Positions 1-9,981 are shown, numbered from the stretch's first letter. The stretch is 64,000 nucleotides of DNA from Pelistega sp. (GCA_030538255.1 JAUNUI010000012.1:17490-81489), one strand, 5' to 3'. Numbers and translations: made by a program. The notes: a model not told the origin generated them from the sequence alone.

Positions 1-794
1 CCTAGTGACGATGAAATGGTTGCTGCTGCGCGAATCAATAAACCGCCCCATGATTCTTGCATACGCTCAATCGGTGCTGAGATAGAAAGCCCTGCCACTA
101 ACTTACCGGTATTATCATAGACGGCAGCAGCAATACAGCGCACCCCGATTTCTAATTCTTCATTATCGCGCGCAAAGCCATACTGACGCACCAAGGCCAC
201 TTCTTGTTCCAAGCGGTCTAAAGTCACAATGCTATTCGGTGTCGTCCCAGGTAATCCTGTACGACTGGCATAAGACTTAATCAGTCGCGGCTCCGCTGCG
301 GCAAGGAACAACTTCCCGACTGAGGTTAAGTGCAAGGGCGCCCGACCACCAATCGCACGCACCACTTGCATCCCTGAACGCGAACTCTCAGCACGTTCAA
401 TATAGACAATTTCATCGCCTTGGCGCACCGAGAGGTTAACCGTCTGCTCCGTCTCTTGATGCAACCATTGCATCGCCGGCATGGCCACCTCACGAATATT
501 TAAGCGATCTTTCACAATGGCGCCCAACTCTAATAGGCGTAAACCTAATTGATAATGTCCGCTATCGAGGTGCTCAAGAAATCCAGCTAAGACTAAATCC
601 GACATAATACGATGTGCCGTCGAGGTATGTAGGCCCGTTAAGCTCACAATCTCTTTGAGCAATAGTGGCTGTTGGTGCTGAGCCACGATATCGATAATAC
701 TGAATGCGCGCTCAAATAATTGTGCCGACATCTTATTGGCACATGGCGATGGATCCTCATTTAAGCGCACACGGTGCTTTCTGTTTGCCGTCAT
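1..794 (-). CDS. IclR-family transcriptional regulator (C-terminus runs off the window start)
   Basis: My own minus-strand translation from the ATG at 794-792 gives MTANRKHRVRLNEDP...FERAFSIIDIVAQHQQPLLLKEIVSLTGLHTSTAHRIMSDLVLAGFLEH (winged HTH), then GGRAPLHLTSVGKLFLA...GFARDNEELEIGVRCIAAAVYD (IclR effector domain). The frame stays open to position 1. It is absent from the ORF track because it is truncated. Confidence 0.8.
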   Translation of the reverse strand, partial: MTANRKHRVRLNEDPSPCANKMSAQLFERAFSIIDIVAQHQQPLLLKEIVSLTGLHTSTAHRIMSDLVLAGFLEHLDSGHYQLGLRLLELGAIVKDRLNIREVAMPAMQWLHQETEQTVNLSVRQGDEIVYIERAESSRSGMQVVRAIGGRAPLHLTSVGKLFLAAAEPRLIKSYASRTGLPGTTPNSIVTLDRLEQEVALVRQYGFARDNEELEIGVRCIAAAVYDNTGKLVAGLSISAPIERMQESWGGLLIRAAATISSSL

Positions 795-892
795 GGAGTT
801 ATTCTTAATGGATTGGCTATATTAGACAGCCCCTAGGTCTGTTTATCCTAGCGGCTAGCCATGGAGTTTTTAGTGAAGTGACTGTATCTGAC

Positions 893-1693
893 TTATGATT
901 CAGCATGAAAGCGTCCACCCACGCGTAAAATAGCACCGCGTAAGTAATCAAAGGCTTCATCAACGAATGGGCTATAACCCTTAACCCCGACATCAATGAA
1001 CGGGGGCTTACCATCACGTGAGACCGTCGGTAAGCTGAAGGTCGTCACCTCATCCCACTTAGACTCAATATGTTCTAGCGCAGGTGTCAAGCGAGACTCA
1101 GGAATCGAATACACAATGATTGATTTCACGGTCGGTGGCTTCATATTATGTAAGTGCTTATAGCGCGTATCCAATGTCCATTCAATCATTGGCCAAGCCA
1201 TCTCAGGGAAGCCTGGAACAAAGGTATGGTTTTGAATATAAAAGCCAGGAATCTTATTATAGGGATTCGGTACAATTTCAGCACCAACAGGAAACACACC
1301 CATGGCTAAGCGACGCTGATTTTCTGGGGTGCCTAAATCAGGAGAACCAATACCTTGCTTGGCTAAATCTTGCATACGCTCTTGAATTAAGACTGAAGCC
1401 TCAGCATTCAGTTCAAGCTCTACCCCTAAGGCAGCCGCCATCGCTTCACGCGTCTTGTCATCAGGTGTCGCACCAATACCACCACTTGAAAATACAATTT
1501 CACCACTGGCTAAGCTGCGCTTATATTCAGCCGTCAAGACTTCGAGATCATCGGGTAAAAAGCGCGCCCATGAAAGTTGCAAGCCGCGGTCGCCAAGCAA
1601 CTGTATGACTTTATTAAAATGCGAATCTTGGCGACGGCCTGATAAAATCTCATCACCGACTACCACTAAGCCAATTTTTTGTTGCTCTGACAT
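893..1693 (-). CDS. CinA-like / MoCF-type molybdopterin-binding domain protein
   Basis: 266-aa ORF. The N-terminus IGLVVVGDEILSGRRQDSH...FSSGGIGATPDDKTREA matches the MoCF/CinA N-terminal domain signature. Confidence 0.7.
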   Translation of the reverse strand: MSEQQKIGLVVVGDEILSGRRQDSHFNKVIQLLGDRGLQLSWARFLPDDLEVLTAEYKRSLASGEIVFSSGGIGATPDDKTREAMAAALGVELELNAEASVLIQERMQDLAKQGIGSPDLGTPENQRRLAMGVFPVGAEIVPNPYNKIPGFYIQNHTFVPGFPEMAWPMIEWTLDTRYKHLHNMKPPTVKSIIVYSIPESRLTPALEHIESKWDEVTTFSLPTVSRDGKPPFIDVGVKGYSPFVDEAFDYLRGAILRVGGRFHAES

Positions 1694-1770
1694 GCTTGAC
1701 TCCTAAAATTGAATTATTTTATGTCCACAATCTACTATACTATACCAGTTATATCCTCTTGCACACCACT

Positions 1771-2151
1771 ATGTTAATCCAGAATCCCACACACAAAGCT
1801 GAGCAAACTATCGCCACATTAGCAAACACTGAGGGGCTAACCATCGCCTGCTATTGCGCACAATGGTGCGATACATGTGGCGGCTATAAGCATGACTTAG
1901 CGCAACTCAGCGAGCATTATCCGCAACATTGCTTCTTATGGATTGATATCGAAGACGACCCAGACTTACTTGATGACTTCGATGTGGAGAACTTCCCCAC
2001 CCTGCTGATCCAGAAAGACGATAAGAACTATTTCTTCGGCACCATGTTGCCCCATATCAGCCACTTGGAACGCCTGATTCAACGTGTACAGCCTGATGAC
2101 CGCGGTGTTGAAGGCCCAGCTAATTTAGCTGAGCTTCTAGCTGAAGTGTAA
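1771..2151 (+). CDS. thioredoxin-like protein
   Basis: Redox motif WCDTC sits in a thioredoxin-fold context (YCAQWCDTCGGYK...FPTLL). I start the gene at the internal ATG 1771, because the track start at 1696 lies 2 nt from the divergent start codon of the neighbouring gene. Confidence 0.65.
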   Translation: MLIQNPTHKAEQTIATLANTEGLTIACYCAQWCDTCGGYKHDLAQLSEHYPQHCFLWIDIEDDPDLLDDFDVENFPTLLIQKDDKNYFFGTMLPHISHLERLIQRVQPDDRGVEGPANLAELLAEV

Positions 2152-2176
2152 ATTAAAACAATCATCAAGTTAAGCG

Positions 2177-2227
2177 ACATGCGCGAAGAACTATCTAGCT
2201 GCGCTATTCACGCAGCTCTGCGCATGT
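2177..2227. terminator. nested hairpin between convergent genes (candidate bidirectional terminator)
   Basis: Inner stem AGCTGCG (2197-2203) pairs with CGCAGCT (2211-2217). Outer stem ACATGCGC (2177-2184) pairs with GCGCATGT (2220-2227). There is no clean U-run. Confidence 0.4.
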
Positions 2228-2269
2228 AAGTAATCTTCACACGCAAGCAATCTGAGCGCGCAAATCTAA

Positions 2270-3760
2270 TTAACTATTTTTCTTAGTCGGGCGACCGCCT
2301 AATAGCACTGCTAACATTTCACCCTGTCCTGCTGCTGGGGCCCATTCGCGCTTAGCCTCTTGTGGCGCTGGCGTTGCCGTATCTTTCGCAGCATCATAAG
2401 GACGATAGAAAAACTCATCAATCGGCGCAGGCTTAGCCGCAGGATAATGTTTCGCAAAACCATCATGACGTTCATGACGGCCGTGGCGCTCATGTTTCTC
2501 ATGGCGATGACCACGATCATCACGACCATAACGCGCTTGACGATCACGCGACGAACTTGGCAGATAACGTTGCAAGAACTCTTCAGGAATCACCAACTCA
2601 TCCTTAGGAATCGGTGCCTTAATCAGCTTCTCAATATCATTTAATAGGTTTTCATTCTTGTCCGAATAAAAAGCAATCGCATGACCTGATGCACCAGCAC
2701 GACCTGTACGACCGATACGATGCACATAGTCTTCCGCATTATAGGGTAGGTCAATATTAATCACCCCATCTAAACCCGCCACATCTAAACCACGCGCCGC
2801 CACATCGGTGGCCACCAAGACGCGCACTTCACCCGCCTTAAATGACTCTAGGGTTCGCGTGCGTTCCATCTGCGATTTATCACCATGGATGGATTCAGCA
2901 GTAATGCCCTCTTTCGCCAATTCACGCGCAATCCGTGAGGCGGCAATCTTGGTATTAGAGAAAACAATGACCTGTGCTAAATCTTGTGACTTCAATAAAT
3001 AAATTAAGGCGGCTTTGCGCTTCTCTTCGGGAATCTTATACGCTACTTGGGTCACAGTGGAGGCCGTCGCATTGTTCGCCGCGACACTAATTTCCACTGG
3101 ATCTTTTAAGAAGGTACGCGCTAGTTTACGAATTTCTGGACTGAAGGTTGCCGAGAATAATAGACTCTGACGTTGCTTAGGTAGGTACGATAAGATGCGC
3201 TCAAGATCTGGCATAAAACCCATATCCAGCATGCGGTCGGCCTCATCCAGCACTAACACATTCACTTGGGATAGGTTGACGTTCTTCTGTTCAATATGGT
3301 CGAGTAAGCGGCCTGGTGTAGCAATTAAAACTTCGCAGCCACGGCGTAAGGCATCACGTTGTGGACCAATATCCACACCACCAAACACGACTTCAGCACG
3401 CAATGGCGAACTATCCGAATAGCGCTTCACATTATCGGCAACTTGGTCGGCCAATTCACGCGTCGGCGTTAGGATCAAGGCACGTACAGGGTGGCGCGCA
3501 GGTGAGGTACTATGACTGGCGAAAGGCATCATACGATGCAAAACAGGTAAAGTAAAAGCCGCTGTCTTACCTGTACCCGTCTGTGCTGCTCCCATAACAT
3601 CGCGCCCATCAATCACGGGACCAATCGCTTGCGCCTGAATCGGCGTAGGCTTGGTATAACCAGATAAGGCGATGGCTTTTAAAATATCAGGATGTAGGCC
3701 AAATTCATTAAAACTTGCAGGTGTTGACATGGATTCAGTAGCGGTTTCTGTCGCGCTCAT
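2270..3760 (-). CDS. rhlE: DEAD-box ATP-dependent RNA helicase (RhlE-like)
   Basis: Motifs AQTGTGKT, PTRELA, VLDEADRML (DEAD), SAT and HRIGRTGRAG are present. The C-terminal tail is His/Arg-rich low complexity. Confidence 0.9.
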   Translation of the reverse strand: MSATETATESMSTPASFNEFGLHPDILKAIALSGYTKPTPIQAQAIGPVIDGRDVMGAAQTGTGKTAAFTLPVLHRMMPFASHSTSPARHPVRALILTPTRELADQVADNVKRYSDSSPLRAEVVFGGVDIGPQRDALRRGCEVLIATPGRLLDHIEQKNVNLSQVNVLVLDEADRMLDMGFMPDLERILSYLPKQRQSLLFSATFSPEIRKLARTFLKDPVEISVAANNATASTVTQVAYKIPEEKRKAALIYLLKSQDLAQVIVFSNTKIAASRIARELAKEGITAESIHGDKSQMERTRTLESFKAGEVRVLVATDVAARGLDVAGLDGVINIDLPYNAEDYVHRIGRTGRAGASGHAIAFYSDKNENLLNDIEKLIKAPIPKDELVIPEEFLQRYLPSSSRDRQARYGRDDRGHRHEKHERHGRHERHDGFAKHYPAAKPAPIDEFFYRPYDAAKDTATPAPQEAKREWAPAAGQGEMLAVLLGGRPTKKNS

Positions 3761-3975
3761 AGCGTACTCAAATTAAAGATATAACTTACCATTTTACTCC
3801 TGCACCCTGCTGCTTTGAGTTTTTTTGCCGGATTGACACTAAATATCGGCGATAAAAGGCAAAAAATCGCTTAATCCCACATAAAAGAAACAATCTTTTG
3901 GCCTCGTACATACCCAAAATCAACAGTTCCTAGTACAATTAGCTGCATATTTTCAATTTTTTGCTGGGATGATTT

Positions 3976-4170
3976 ATGTCGAGCTCTACTACTGAAACCA
4001 TTATTGTTACTGCTGAAGATTTGCCACTACACTGTCCTGGTCCGAATGCACCGCAGTGGAGTATGCATCCTCGTGTCTTCTTAGACATTGCATCAACAGG
4101 TGAAGTGAGCTGTCCATATTGTTCAGCACATTACAAGCTTAAAGAAGGCGAAAAAGTGCATGGCCACTGA
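3976..4170 (+). CDS. zf-CHCC zinc-finger domain protein
   Basis: 64-aa ORF with HCPGP...CPYCSAHY, resembling the NDUFS6-like zf-CHCC family. It overlaps the next gene by 11 nt. Confidence 0.65.
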   Translation: MSSSTTETIIVTAEDLPLHCPGPNAPQWSMHPRVFLDIASTGEVSCPYCSAHYKLKEGEKVHGH

Positions 4171-4624
4171 ACCTAAACCAAGTGTTCAGCGCTTGGTTTT
4201 TGCGAGCGCTGAAGAGGTTGAACAACACTTCTATGACGCCATCAAGAACTGCGATATTGACGCATTAATGCAGGCTTGGGCTGATGATGAAGAGATTATT
4301 TGCATTCATCGTGAAGGCAAGCGCTTGCTTGGTCCTAAGCAAGTGCATAATTCTTGGCGCGATATCTTGACGCAAAACTGCAAGTTTAGTGTTGAGCGCA
4401 AAGACAAGCGCGTGATTAATAGTGGTATGACGGTGATTCATGTAATGCTTGAGAAGATCACCCAAACCACCGCTGAAGGCTTGATTGAATCGGTCTGTCA
4501 TGCGACCAATATTTACCAGAAAGACTCTCGCGGTTGGCACTTAGTGATGCATATGGCCACAGCAGCGCCTGGCTCCTACCTAGAGCAAGTTGAAGCGAAG
4601 AACTTTCCTGGTTACTTCCATTAA
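4160..4624 (+). CDS. NTF2/SnoaL-like (DUF4440-type) protein
   Basis: 154 aa. The pattern FYDAIKNCDIDALMQAWADDEEIICIH...GW fits the NTF2-like fold. It appears translationally coupled to the zinc-finger gene. Confidence 0.55.
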   Translation: MATEPKPSVQRLVFASAEEVEQHFYDAIKNCDIDALMQAWADDEEIICIHREGKRLLGPKQVHNSWRDILTQNCKFSVERKDKRVINSGMTVIHVMLEKITQTTAEGLIESVCHATNIYQKDSRGWHLVMHMATAAPGSYLEQVEAKNFPGYFH

Positions 4625-4708
4625 ACTAGTCTTAAGTGATTGAGCGGATTACGGTCAGCCCGATAAACCATTTAATGATCGGACTACAATGAACCGACAA
4701 AATATTCA

Positions 4709-5899
4709 ATGAGCGGACAGTTAGACAAGAGCCCATTCAAACCACCCTTCTGGCTCCCTGAAGGACAAAGTCAAACCATTATTGGTGCCCGCTTTGCGCG
4801 CCATCCTACGATTCAATTCCAGCGCGAACGCCTGAATACCGATGATGGCGATTTTATTGATCTGGACTGGAACATTCCAGGCTTGCATGAAATTAATGCT
4901 GAATTAGTTCAGCCGCAATCTCAACTTTCCTCCAAGCAACACAACACTTCAGAACTCGAGCATGGGTCATTAGCGCACGCGCCACTTCAAGCAATCTCTA
5001 GGGAAAACTCACAGCAAGAAACTACACTACTCTCCTCACAGCAAGAAACTACGCCACGCTCCTCACAGCAAGAAACTGCGAGACTCACGCACCCAGAGTT
5101 CACTGGCCCTGCATTAGTGCTCTTTCACGGTCTAGAAGGCTCTAGCGAAAGCCACTACGCCCAATCAATTTGTCATGATTTTCGTCAGCTCGGTTGGGCC
5201 GTTGTCGTTGCTCACTTTCGTGGCTGTTCAGGTGAAAATAACCGTCTACCGCGTTCCTATTTCTCAGGGGACACTGGCGATGTCGCCTATATTATGCAAA
5301 ACATTCAGCGCCGCTTACCGAATGCGCAATGGTATGCAGCAGGCGTCTCCATGGGCGGCAATGTCTTATTAAAATATGCGGGCGAGCAAGGTTCGTACTT
5401 AAAGCACCTTAAAGCAATTGCCGCGATTTCCGCACCCACGAATTTGCATGCCTGTGCCGAACAACTAGGACGCGGCTTCTTCTCCAAGCAGATTTATACC
5501 CCCTACTTTCTCATCGGCATGAAGAAGAAAATGCGTGAGAAGCACCAGCAATGGGGTGATGAAATTCCCTTAAAGAAAATTCTCGCCGCTCAGACTATCT
5601 TTGACTTTGATGATGCGTATACGGGACCGATTCATGGTTTTGCTGGCGCTGCAGATTATTATCGTCGCTGTTCTTCTCAACCAGGCTTAGCAGATATCCA
5701 AGTGCCTTGCTTGGTATTAAATGCGAAGAACGATCCCTTCGTGCCAGCGTTCAGCTTACCTAAGCCTCACGAAGTTTCGTCCTATGTCACCTTACATCAG
5801 CCCGAACATGGTGGTCATGTCGGCTTTTCCCAAGGACGCTTCCCATCGCAGCACGGCTGGTTAAGCCAACGTTTACTGCGGTTTTTTACGGGACGTTGA
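4709..5899 (+). CDS. alpha/beta hydrolase, YheT-like, with a repeat-containing insertion
   Basis: GDFIDLDW...LVLFHGLEGS...GVSMGGN (nucleophile elbow GxSxG)...HGGHVGF. About 70 extra residues before LFHGLEG include a 9-aa x3 tandem repeat. Confidence 0.8.
   Translation: MSGQLDKSPFKPPFWLPEGQSQTIIGARFARHPTIQFQRERLNTDDGDFIDLDWNIPGLHEINAELVQPQSQLSSKQHNTSELEHGSLAHAPLQAISRENSQQETTLLSSQQETTPRSSQQETARLTHPEFTGPALVLFHGLEGSSESHYAQSICHDFRQLGWAVVVAHFRGCSGENNRLPRSYFSGDTGDVAYIMQNIQRRLPNAQWYAAGVSMGGNVLLKYAGEQGSYLKHLKAIAAISAPTNLHACAEQLGRGFFSKQIYTPYFLIGMKKKMREKHQQWGDEIPLKKILAAQTIFDFDDAYTGPIHGFAGAADYYRRCSSQPGLADIQVPCLVLNAKNDPFVPAFSLPKPHEVSSYVTLHQPEHGGHVGFSQGRFPSQHGWLSQRLLRFFTGR
5008..5088 (+). repeat. in-frame 27-nt x3 tandem repeat inside the hydrolase CDS
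   Basis: The units are ctcacagcaagaaactacactactctc / ctcacagcaagaaactacgccacgctc / ctcacagcaagaaactgcgagactcac. They encode SQQETTLLS / SQQETTPRS / SQQETARLT. Confidence 0.95.
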
Positions 5900-6078
5900 G
5901 TACTTGAAGATGCAGTGACTTTTCCTAAGTAAGACGTATTCCTTAAGTCCACGGTTTTTAACTAAATCAGGCCTTTTATCCAAATAAGATTTCTTAAACT
6001 TTTCTTCTGCTTATCTGGATTTTGTAGTTCAATTTCTCAAGGTTAGTCGTGAATGAGTATCCACTATCCAAGCAGGCT

Positions 6079-6999
6079 TTAAGTTTTATGTAGTTGCAAA
6101 TTACTTAACCAGGCGGGCTTTTGCATACGACCAGCAGCCGATAGGCGCACCCAAGTTGCAAGCGCCACTACAATGCCGAAAGACTCCACAATCGCCGCGG
6201 GAACCCACATAATGATGCCACCAATACTTTGATCTTCAAGCGCCGTTATCGGCACAGCTCGGCCGCAGACATCAAACAAGGGATATAAATCATAAGGCAC
6301 GAAAGCGATATAGATGCCCGCCACAATCTGTGGTGCCATGGTTAAGATGGGCGAAATCACGCGCTCTGTGGGAGTCATCGCTGCCAGTTTGCCGCCTCGG
6401 CCATGGGTTTGCCACCAGCGACCGAAAGCTGTCGTCGCCGTAATCGGTCGCGCCACATAAGGGCGGCGATCAATCACCAAGTTCCAATAGAGAAAGCCAC
6501 TAATCACTACCGACCAGTTCATCACACGGTATAAGCGCCAGTCCAGCATGGAATAGAATTGCACGGTCGGCTCTAACCATACCAAGACCAGAAAGACAAA
6601 CATAAAGGGGACTAGGAATTTATTCGTCAGCACCGCTTCAATCACCTGGCAGGTGCGAGTTTGTCGGAAATTCTTTAAGGCGATTCGCCAAGAAAGTGGC
6701 ATACCTGCGCGTAACACTTGCCCTGGATAGGACAGCATGATTAACAGAGGGCCTAGATGATGTAGAACAAGATGCTGGGCGCGATGGGCAAAGAACACCC
6801 GCTCAGCGTAATAGTCCACATGCGTATGCATGGAGAGATAGAGCAGTACAAATCCTGTCCAGAAATACCACTGGCGCGCCCGAGCAACCTTATGGACCAA
6901 TGTCCCGCGCACAAATAATACGCCGCTGATTATAAACAGTAGCACCAAGGTGGGCGAAAATTCCCAGGGACTCATCCAATGACTTAATTCTAAATCCAT
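6079..6999 (-). CDS. cytochrome c oxidase assembly factor CtaG-like (caa3_CtaG family) membrane protein
   Basis: 306-aa polytopic protein with FFAHRAQHLVLHHLGPLLIMLSYP and DQSIGGIIMWVPAAI, which resemble the family's conserved blocks. Confidence 0.55.
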   Translation of the reverse strand: MDLELSHWMSPWEFSPTLVLLFIISGVLFVRGTLVHKVARARQWYFWTGFVLLYLSMHTHVDYYAERVFFAHRAQHLVLHHLGPLLIMLSYPGQVLRAGMPLSWRIALKNFRQTRTCQVIEAVLTNKFLVPFMFVFLVLVWLEPTVQFYSMLDWRLYRVMNWSVVISGFLYWNLVIDRRPYVARPITATTAFGRWWQTHGRGGKLAAMTPTERVISPILTMAPQIVAGIYIAFVPYDLYPLFDVCGRAVPITALEDQSIGGIIMWVPAAIVESFGIVVALATWVRLSAAGRMQKPAWLSNLQLHKT

Positions 7000-7208
7000 A
7001 CTAACTCATTAATTTAATGCAGTATTTTACCGAATTTATGCTTCTATGTGCGGATATTGTGGATTATATTGAGAGTCATATCAGGAAATTTACAAATAAG
7101 TTGTGATTCGCTTAGAGAGTAAACTAGGCGCTATAATTGATACGTTTCTGATGAGAAGATAGTCAACTCTGCTATCCCATCTCTCAAATTCTACTCTGGT
7201 GAAAACAA

Positions 7209-8408
7209 TTGACGATGGAAAACTTTGACTTTGATATTGCCATTCTTGGTGCTGGCCCTGTTGGTTTAGCGTTGGCGATTGGCTTAAGTAAACTCGCTGA
7301 AAAGAAGCCTGCAAACTCAACTCAAGCGCTGCGCATTGCCTTATTCCAAGGCCAACAAGTCCCTATCCCTCCTGAGAAAGACACGCGTGTCTTAGCCTTA
7401 AATCATGGCAGTCGTGTCTTCTTAGAGGCAATTGAGGCCTGGCCCAATAAGAGCACCGATATCAAGACCGTCCATGTGTCTCAGAAAGGGCGCCTTGGCC
7501 GCACCCTCATTACCGACGCAGAGATGGCGGTGCCACGCTTAGGTAGCATGGTGTCGTATGCGTATCTACATCAATCGCTGAGCACTCGCCTAGCCAATAC
7601 CCCAGTGACTATCTTATCGGGTGAGCTTGCCAGTGCCCAAGCGCCAGCACAAGATGATTCTTGTCAAAATATCGCTGGTGCTATGGTCACGCAAGGTGAG
7701 CACAAATACCGCGTGCGCTTAGTGATTCAATGTGACGGTTTACGCGCCCAAGATATTCAGCGTCAGTATGATCAGCATGCTTTGATTACCAGTGTCTATG
7801 TGCGCTATCCGCAACCAGGTTGGGCCTGGGAACGCTTTACGCAAGAAGGGCCGCTAGCTGTTCTCCCCCACCCTATTTTTCCTGGTGCTCAATCGATTGT
7901 ATGGGCAACGAGCCCGACTAAAGCACGTCAGCTCCTTGAGATGCCTGAGGCTGAGTTCGAGCAGGCTTTATTAGAGCACTTTGGTGATCGCTTGGGTCGC
8001 TTTACGCTGGCAGAAAAGCGGGCAATTTTCCCGCTCCATCTGAATGTAAATACGCATACCGTCAAACCCAGTATGGTGGTGATTGGTAATGCCGCCCAAA
8101 CTCTCCACCCAGTAGCGGGTCAAGGCTTAAACCTAGGCCTGCGTGATGTCGCGACGCTGCTAAACTGTCTCGCCCCTTGGTTAAATCATGTGCAACAAGA
8201 TGTGCAAACCTTCTTGCTGCGTTATCAAGAAGCGCGCAGCATTGATCGCCGTATTACTTGGGAATTAACTGATTTCTTGCCACGAGTTTTCACCACCAAG
8301 AATCCCCTAGTGGAGCATGCTTGTGGTTTGAGTTTGCTCGCCATGGATATGGCAAAACCTCTACGTCAACCCTTAACCACGCAGCTCTTACAAGGTTTTA
8401 GGCCTTAA
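7209..8408 (+). CDS. FAD-dependent monooxygenase, UbiH/UbiF/VisC/COQ6 family
   Basis: Carries the GAGPVGLALA dinucleotide fold and the GNAAQTLHPVAGQGLNLGLRD motif. Confidence 0.85.
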   Translation: MTMENFDFDIAILGAGPVGLALAIGLSKLAEKKPANSTQALRIALFQGQQVPIPPEKDTRVLALNHGSRVFLEAIEAWPNKSTDIKTVHVSQKGRLGRTLITDAEMAVPRLGSMVSYAYLHQSLSTRLANTPVTILSGELASAQAPAQDDSCQNIAGAMVTQGEHKYRVRLVIQCDGLRAQDIQRQYDQHALITSVYVRYPQPGWAWERFTQEGPLAVLPHPIFPGAQSIVWATSPTKARQLLEMPEAEFEQALLEHFGDRLGRFTLAEKRAIFPLHLNVNTHTVKPSMVVIGNAAQTLHPVAGQGLNLGLRDVATLLNCLAPWLNHVQQDVQTFLLRYQEARSIDRRITWELTDFLPRVFTTKNPLVEHACGLSLLAMDMAKPLRQPLTTQLLQGFRP

Positions 8409-8414
8409 TTAATT

Positions 8415-8555
8415 GGAAAAAGTGCTGGTTTGTTTAGTCGAGCTGAGCTTTTGAAAAAGGCACTGGTTTATTTGGACGAGAAGGTTTTGTGAAAAAGGCG
8501 TTGGTTTATTTAGCCTAGCTGAGCCTTTTAAAAAGGTGCTGGTTTAGTTAACGTT
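8415..8555 (+). repeat. 38-39-nt tandem repeat x4 immediately after the UbiH-family stop codon
   Basis: The core (t)gaaaaaGgYRcTGGTTTrTTTaG recurs at 8415, 8453, 8491 and 8530. Unit ends (gagcttttga, aaggttttgtga, gagccttttaa) resemble the CDS tail caaggttttaggccttaa. Confidence 0.85.
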
Positions 8556-8557
8556 GA

Positions 8558-8582
8558 GTTGAGTCTTCATTTCAGACTCAAC
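8558..8582 (+). terminator. hairpin closing the repeat tract
   Basis: Stem GTTGAGTCT, loop tcatttc, stem AGACTCAAC (9 bp). No U-run follows, so a terminator function is uncertain. Confidence 0.35.
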
Positions 8583-8725
8583 TAGCCTTCTTCACGAAAC
8601 TGAAACAATGCGACCGAAGATACTGGCGGTCAATTGTCCAAATATGGAACACAGGCCACCCTTAAGAATCGTAAATAATTGCGCATTTTTTACACAAGTG
8701 CTGCTAGCTTCGTTAAAATCACGAC

Positions 8726-9727
8726 ATGAAAATTGGTCCTTGGCAACTTCCCAACCCTATCTTTGTAGCGCCCATGGCTGGCGTTACTGATCGTCCCTTC
8801 CGTCAGCTTTGTAAGCGACTAGGGGCGGGTTATGCTGTGTCCGAAATGGCGGCCAGCAATCCTAAACTCTGGGATAGTGTCAAGACCTCTCGTCGACTCA
8901 ACCATGACGGAGAAATCAATCCTATCGCCGTGCAAATTGCGGGGGCTGATCCAGAGATGATGGCGCAAGCCGCGGTATTTAATATTAATAAGGGTGCGAA
9001 AATCATCGATATTAATATGGGCTGTCCCGTTAAGAAAGTATGCAGCGTCGCTTCGGGTTCGGCACTTTTGCGTGATGAAAACCTGGTGGTAGCTATTTTG
9101 CAGGCGGTGGTGAAGGCTTGTCAGCCTTTTGAAGTGCCTGTCACCTTGAAGACCCGCACGGGCTGGGATCACTCACATAAAAATGCCTTGCGCATTGGTG
9201 AGCTCGCGCAAGATATTGGTATCAGTGCGCTGACCTTACATGGGCGCACACGCGCTGATCTTTACACAGGTGAGGCAGAATACGATACTATTAAACAAGT
9301 TAAGCAAGCTTTAGAGATTCCCGTGGTCGCCAATGGCGATATTGATTCTCCACAGAAAGCGAAATTCGTGCTTGACTACACAGGTGCTGATGCTATTATG
9401 GTTGGCCGTGCGGCTCAAGGTAATCCATGGATTTTTCAACAAATCAATCATTACCTTCAGACTGACACTCAACTCGCACCGCCAGATTTTGCCCATATGC
9501 AAGAGATCCTTCTTGGCCATCTGCATGAGCATTATCAGTTTTATGGAGAGCATACAGGCGTGCGTAGTGCACGTAAACATATAGCCTGGTATGTGTCACA
9601 CTTGCCACAAGCGCAAGCATTTATTGATGAGATGAATCAGATTAACACGAGCGCAGAACAATATACGCTGGTGGAGAACTGGTTTTCTCAATTAATTGAT
9701 CAGCACGATCTAGCTCTTACTCATTAA
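8726..9727 (+). CDS. dusB: tRNA-dihydrouridine synthase B
   Basis: FVAPMAGVTDRPFR...INMGCP...; 333 aa; followed by fis, the classic dusB-fis arrangement. Confidence 0.9.
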   Translation: MKIGPWQLPNPIFVAPMAGVTDRPFRQLCKRLGAGYAVSEMAASNPKLWDSVKTSRRLNHDGEINPIAVQIAGADPEMMAQAAVFNINKGAKIIDINMGCPVKKVCSVASGSALLRDENLVVAILQAVVKACQPFEVPVTLKTRTGWDHSHKNALRIGELAQDIGISALTLHGRTRADLYTGEAEYDTIKQVKQALEIPVVANGDIDSPQKAKFVLDYTGADAIMVGRAAQGNPWIFQQINHYLQTDTQLAPPDFAHMQEILLGHLHEHYQFYGEHTGVRSARKHIAWYVSHLPQAQAFIDEMNQINTSAEQYTLVENWFSQLIDQHDLALTH

Positions 9728-9736
9728 CCCAATAAT

Positions 9737-9973
9737 ATGACAAAACCAATACCAATTGACGAATGTATTCGTACTAATTTAGCCGCCTATTTTAAAGAAT
9801 TAGGGCAAAATCCCGCTAATAATATTTGGGATATGGTGATGAGCAGCGTTGAAAAAGCCATGCTCGAAACCGTTATGCAGCAAGCTGAAGGCAATCAATC
9901 GAAGGCCTCAGAGATGCTTGGCATTACGCGCAATACATTACGTAAAAAACTTCTTTCTCATCATCTTATTTAA
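9737..9973 (+). CDS. fis: Fis-family DNA-binding protein
   Basis: 78 aa with the C-terminal [24 protein letters not shown]. Confidence 0.85.
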   Translation: MTKPIPIDECIRTNLAAYFKELGQNPANNIWDMVMSSVEKAMLETVMQQAEGNQSKASEMLGITRNTLRKKLLSHHLI

Positions 9974-9981
9974 GACGCATC

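Noticed and set aside
1696-1770. Track start codon at 1696 for the thioredoxin-like ORF (151 aa).
   Set aside because: It would leave 2 nt between divergent start codons and add a hydrophobic, AT-rich N-terminal extension. The internal ATG at 1771 gives a normal-length thioredoxin-fold protein.
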